A program made the translations under genes and the position numbers. The notes beneath the pieces are model-generated. The model saw only the letters and a list, made by a program, of their open reading frames with translations, was not told where the DNA came from and ran no database searches. Positions 63,412-64,000 of a stretch of DNA of 64,000 nucleotides are shown here, in pieces; position 1 is the stretch's first letter; every line of letters begins with the position of its first letter. The stretch covers positions 3,982,919 through 4,046,918 of the forward strand of contig BFEA01000008.1 in the NCBI GenBank assembly GCA_003427395.1, in the 5' to 3' direction. This stretch comes from Chara braunii. Lineage: Eukaryota; Plantae; Charophyceae.

Positions 63412-64000
63412 GAGTCATCTGCATGATTCCCTTACCCATCACCTTCCTACCCTCTGCCGGCCCTCACGCCCTAGTTAGGCAGCCCCGCACGCTTCATCTA
63501 GGTGCGCCCAGTATACCAGGCTCCCTTGTTCCCGTGCATGGTCGACCCTGCATAGCGGTCACCCCTTAGCCGAGCTTTACCCGCCCTGATGGTCTATCTG
63601 TTAGGGTCATTGGTTTTGTTCGCTCCCAGTTCCCTACCCTCATTGAGCCTGATGACATGTGTCTCCCTGTTATCTATGTGTAGATGCCCTTAGGAGTTTT
63701 CGACCCCTAGGCTACATTCGGAGCTGGGCAATCTCGTCCTCGAGACCTCGAACGTAGGCCGTGCGAGGGGTAGCAGGGGAAAGAGTGGAGGAAGTGGATG
63801 CACAAGCGGTGCGGGGCATCCCAGAGGGGGGAGAGCCAGGTGGCTCTGCGGTCGTGCGAAGGGGGGGGAGGAGCGGGGCACCCGGAAACGCTGAGACCAT
63901 GGTAACGGGTTGTGGTCCCATGGCCGTCGTAACCGGAATCTGGGTCGGTGCGCCCGTAGACTGAGGAAGGGCCTGACTCGTGGCGGCTGTCGAGCTAAGG

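Larger units (their letters stand above)
53016..64000 (+). mobile_element. Ty3/Gypsy LTR retrotransposon (5' part), decayed, atypical organisation; continues beyond window
   Basis: Putative LTR, PBS and gag-PR-RT-RNaseH-IN order diagnostic of Ty3/Gypsy, followed by extra ORFs. Confidence 0.9.

Overview
This is eukaryotic, gappy (N-runs), transposon-saturated DNA with no supportable intact host gene. The repeat types and protein motifs resemble those of a streptophyte alga such as Chara, but that is an inference. Contents, left to right: (1) a decayed hAT/DUF659 transposase on the - strand (3.0-8.8 kb) with a nested MITE; (2) degenerate tandem arrays (11-15.6 kb), including a ~70-bp hairpin-unit array interrupted by two 8-bp-TSD MITEs; (3) a stack of L1/Tx1-like LINEs (16-44.6 kb), including a full-length 11.15-kb + strand copy with a 16-bp TSD nested in the 5' region of a - strand copy; (4) a cluster of Harbinger-like MITEs (48.5-52.8 kb) hosting a U6 snRNA retrocopy and a Nextera mate-pair adapter artefact; (5) the 5' ~11 kb of an unusual Ty3/Gypsy LTR retrotransposon (53.0 kb to the window end). 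The Gypsy element is the most interesting object. Its putative LTR begins with a tRNA-like Pol III A/B-box module and is rich in hairpins. Its integrase is preceded by a PHD-finger-like domain. After the integrase come an ATGA-coupled orphan ORF and a second, separate capsid-like ORF. All family and domain calls are from motif recognition by eye and were not checked by database search.
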